DNA of 64,000 nt. It comes from Raillietiella orientalis (lineage: Eukaryota). The notes under the pieces are model-generated. The model did no database searches and was not told the origin of the DNA. It saw only the letters and a program-made list of their open reading frames with translations. Position numbers and translations under genes: made by a program. How positions within the stretch are numbered: position 1 is the first letter of the stretch; every line of letters starts with the position of its first letter. Positions 62,900 through 64,000 of the stretch are shown one piece after another. The stretch lies in the NCBI GenBank assembly GCA_036172245.1, contig JAYWIR010000028.1, positions 1,612,001 through 1,676,000 on the forward strand, given 5' to 3'.

Positions 62900-64000
62900 T
62901 TATCTTGAAGCTGCCATCCATTCTCCCAGGCGCCGAACGGTGACTGGCGATGAGGGGAACAATCGAGAGAGCCCCTCCATCACTTTCCCATAATCAAGGG
63001 ATGCTGGGCACAACCCGTTGAGCATCTTCGTCTGAGTGATCAAAAGAACTCTGACGTTTCACTCGAGATTAGAAGCCCCCGGATGGTTCTATTGTTTCTT
63101 TCCAGGAGGTCACGAGTTCAAAGTATCCTGCGACGATCCCAGGCAACGGTTCTCGGGTGTTTCGGACGTGAAATTTTCGGAGATGCTGCGGGGTTTGCCG
63201 GAGGAACATCTGCACTGAGGAGAGCAGGGAGTCCTGCTCATCCCTCCCTCCCGCTGCTGAGAGTTGAAGCTGATCGAAAGCCGACGAGCCCCATCGGCTC
63301 TACGAGGTCTCGCATCTGCACCACGAGGGAAAACCCACGGGTGTGACTCAGACAACGTCTGGGAAGAGTCCGGGAGAGAAGGAGAGAGAGAGAGAGAGGA
63401 AACATGGGATCTCTAGAAAGACATGACGGTAGCCGAGCTGCCGAAGAGACGGGACCGAGCCGGGCTGCTGCGTGCCGAGCGAGCGCGACGCCTGTCCTCG
63501 AACGCCGGCGGCGTCGAGCTACTGGAGGACGTCGCCCTTTGCTGCGAAGTACTGGGACTCGGGCATCCTGGTAGCTTCCGATGATTCGGCAGTCCAGGAG
63601 TCATCAGACACCGAATGTTGTCGGTCACCTGCAGTGACCACTAACGTCCACGAGAAAAGCCAAAAAAAAAAAAGACATTCGCACGAGTTGTCGCGTTCCT
63701 GAGGAAAGCCCGGCTGGAAGTGAGGCGTTGGGGATCCTTAGGTCCTCCCGTTCGCGAAGGTCTCGAAATATGCTGATGTTTCGGGAATTGTCCTCGTGGA
63801 AAAATCCATCGGAGAGCTGTAGAGAATCTCCCGCTCCTTCAAGCAGTGCCATCCCGGAGCCTTCCCGTGTCGTCCTAGCAAGGAGCTGAAGAGGCGAGCA
63901 AGGGAAGCTGTGAGACGTCCGGGAGATCAGGGTCCGACAGTCCTCAACCCTTCCTTGTCCAGCAAAGCGGGGTGGGTGCCCCCGACCGAGACGGGACTCA
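62900..64000 (-). mobile_element. Decayed BEL/Pao RNase H-integrase, runs off the window end
   Basis: LLGRHGKAP ~63870; NIRCLMTP ~63610; SHPWVFPR ~63335 (cf. KHPIILP); CSPQCRC ~63215. Confidence 0.5.

Overview
Eukaryotic, GC- and CpG-rich, homopolymer-laden DNA, most likely animal (arthropod/chelicerate-like, inferred only from the one gene and the TE class). Almost none of the ORF track is real. One intact, 5'-incomplete spliced gene lies on + (exons 6993-7105, 7191-7374, 8000-8105, 8894-9076) and encodes a Cys-rich protein with a hydrophobic C-terminus. By manual translation across frameshifts, most of the rest is about 17 heavily decayed BEL/Pao-type LTR-retrotransposon pol remnants (RT, RNase H, integrase, C-terminal tail). 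About 15 lie on the minus strand, mostly head-to-tail every 3-5 kb. I found no LTR pairs and little gag. Two copies at about 54.6-58.2 kb are on +. This polarity is the main unexplained signal and resembles a uni-strand piRNA cluster or an old tandem array. There is also a younger ~220-bp structured repeat in two inverted copies, and several perfect hairpins. TE boundaries are approximate and rest on by-eye motif matches, not profile searches.
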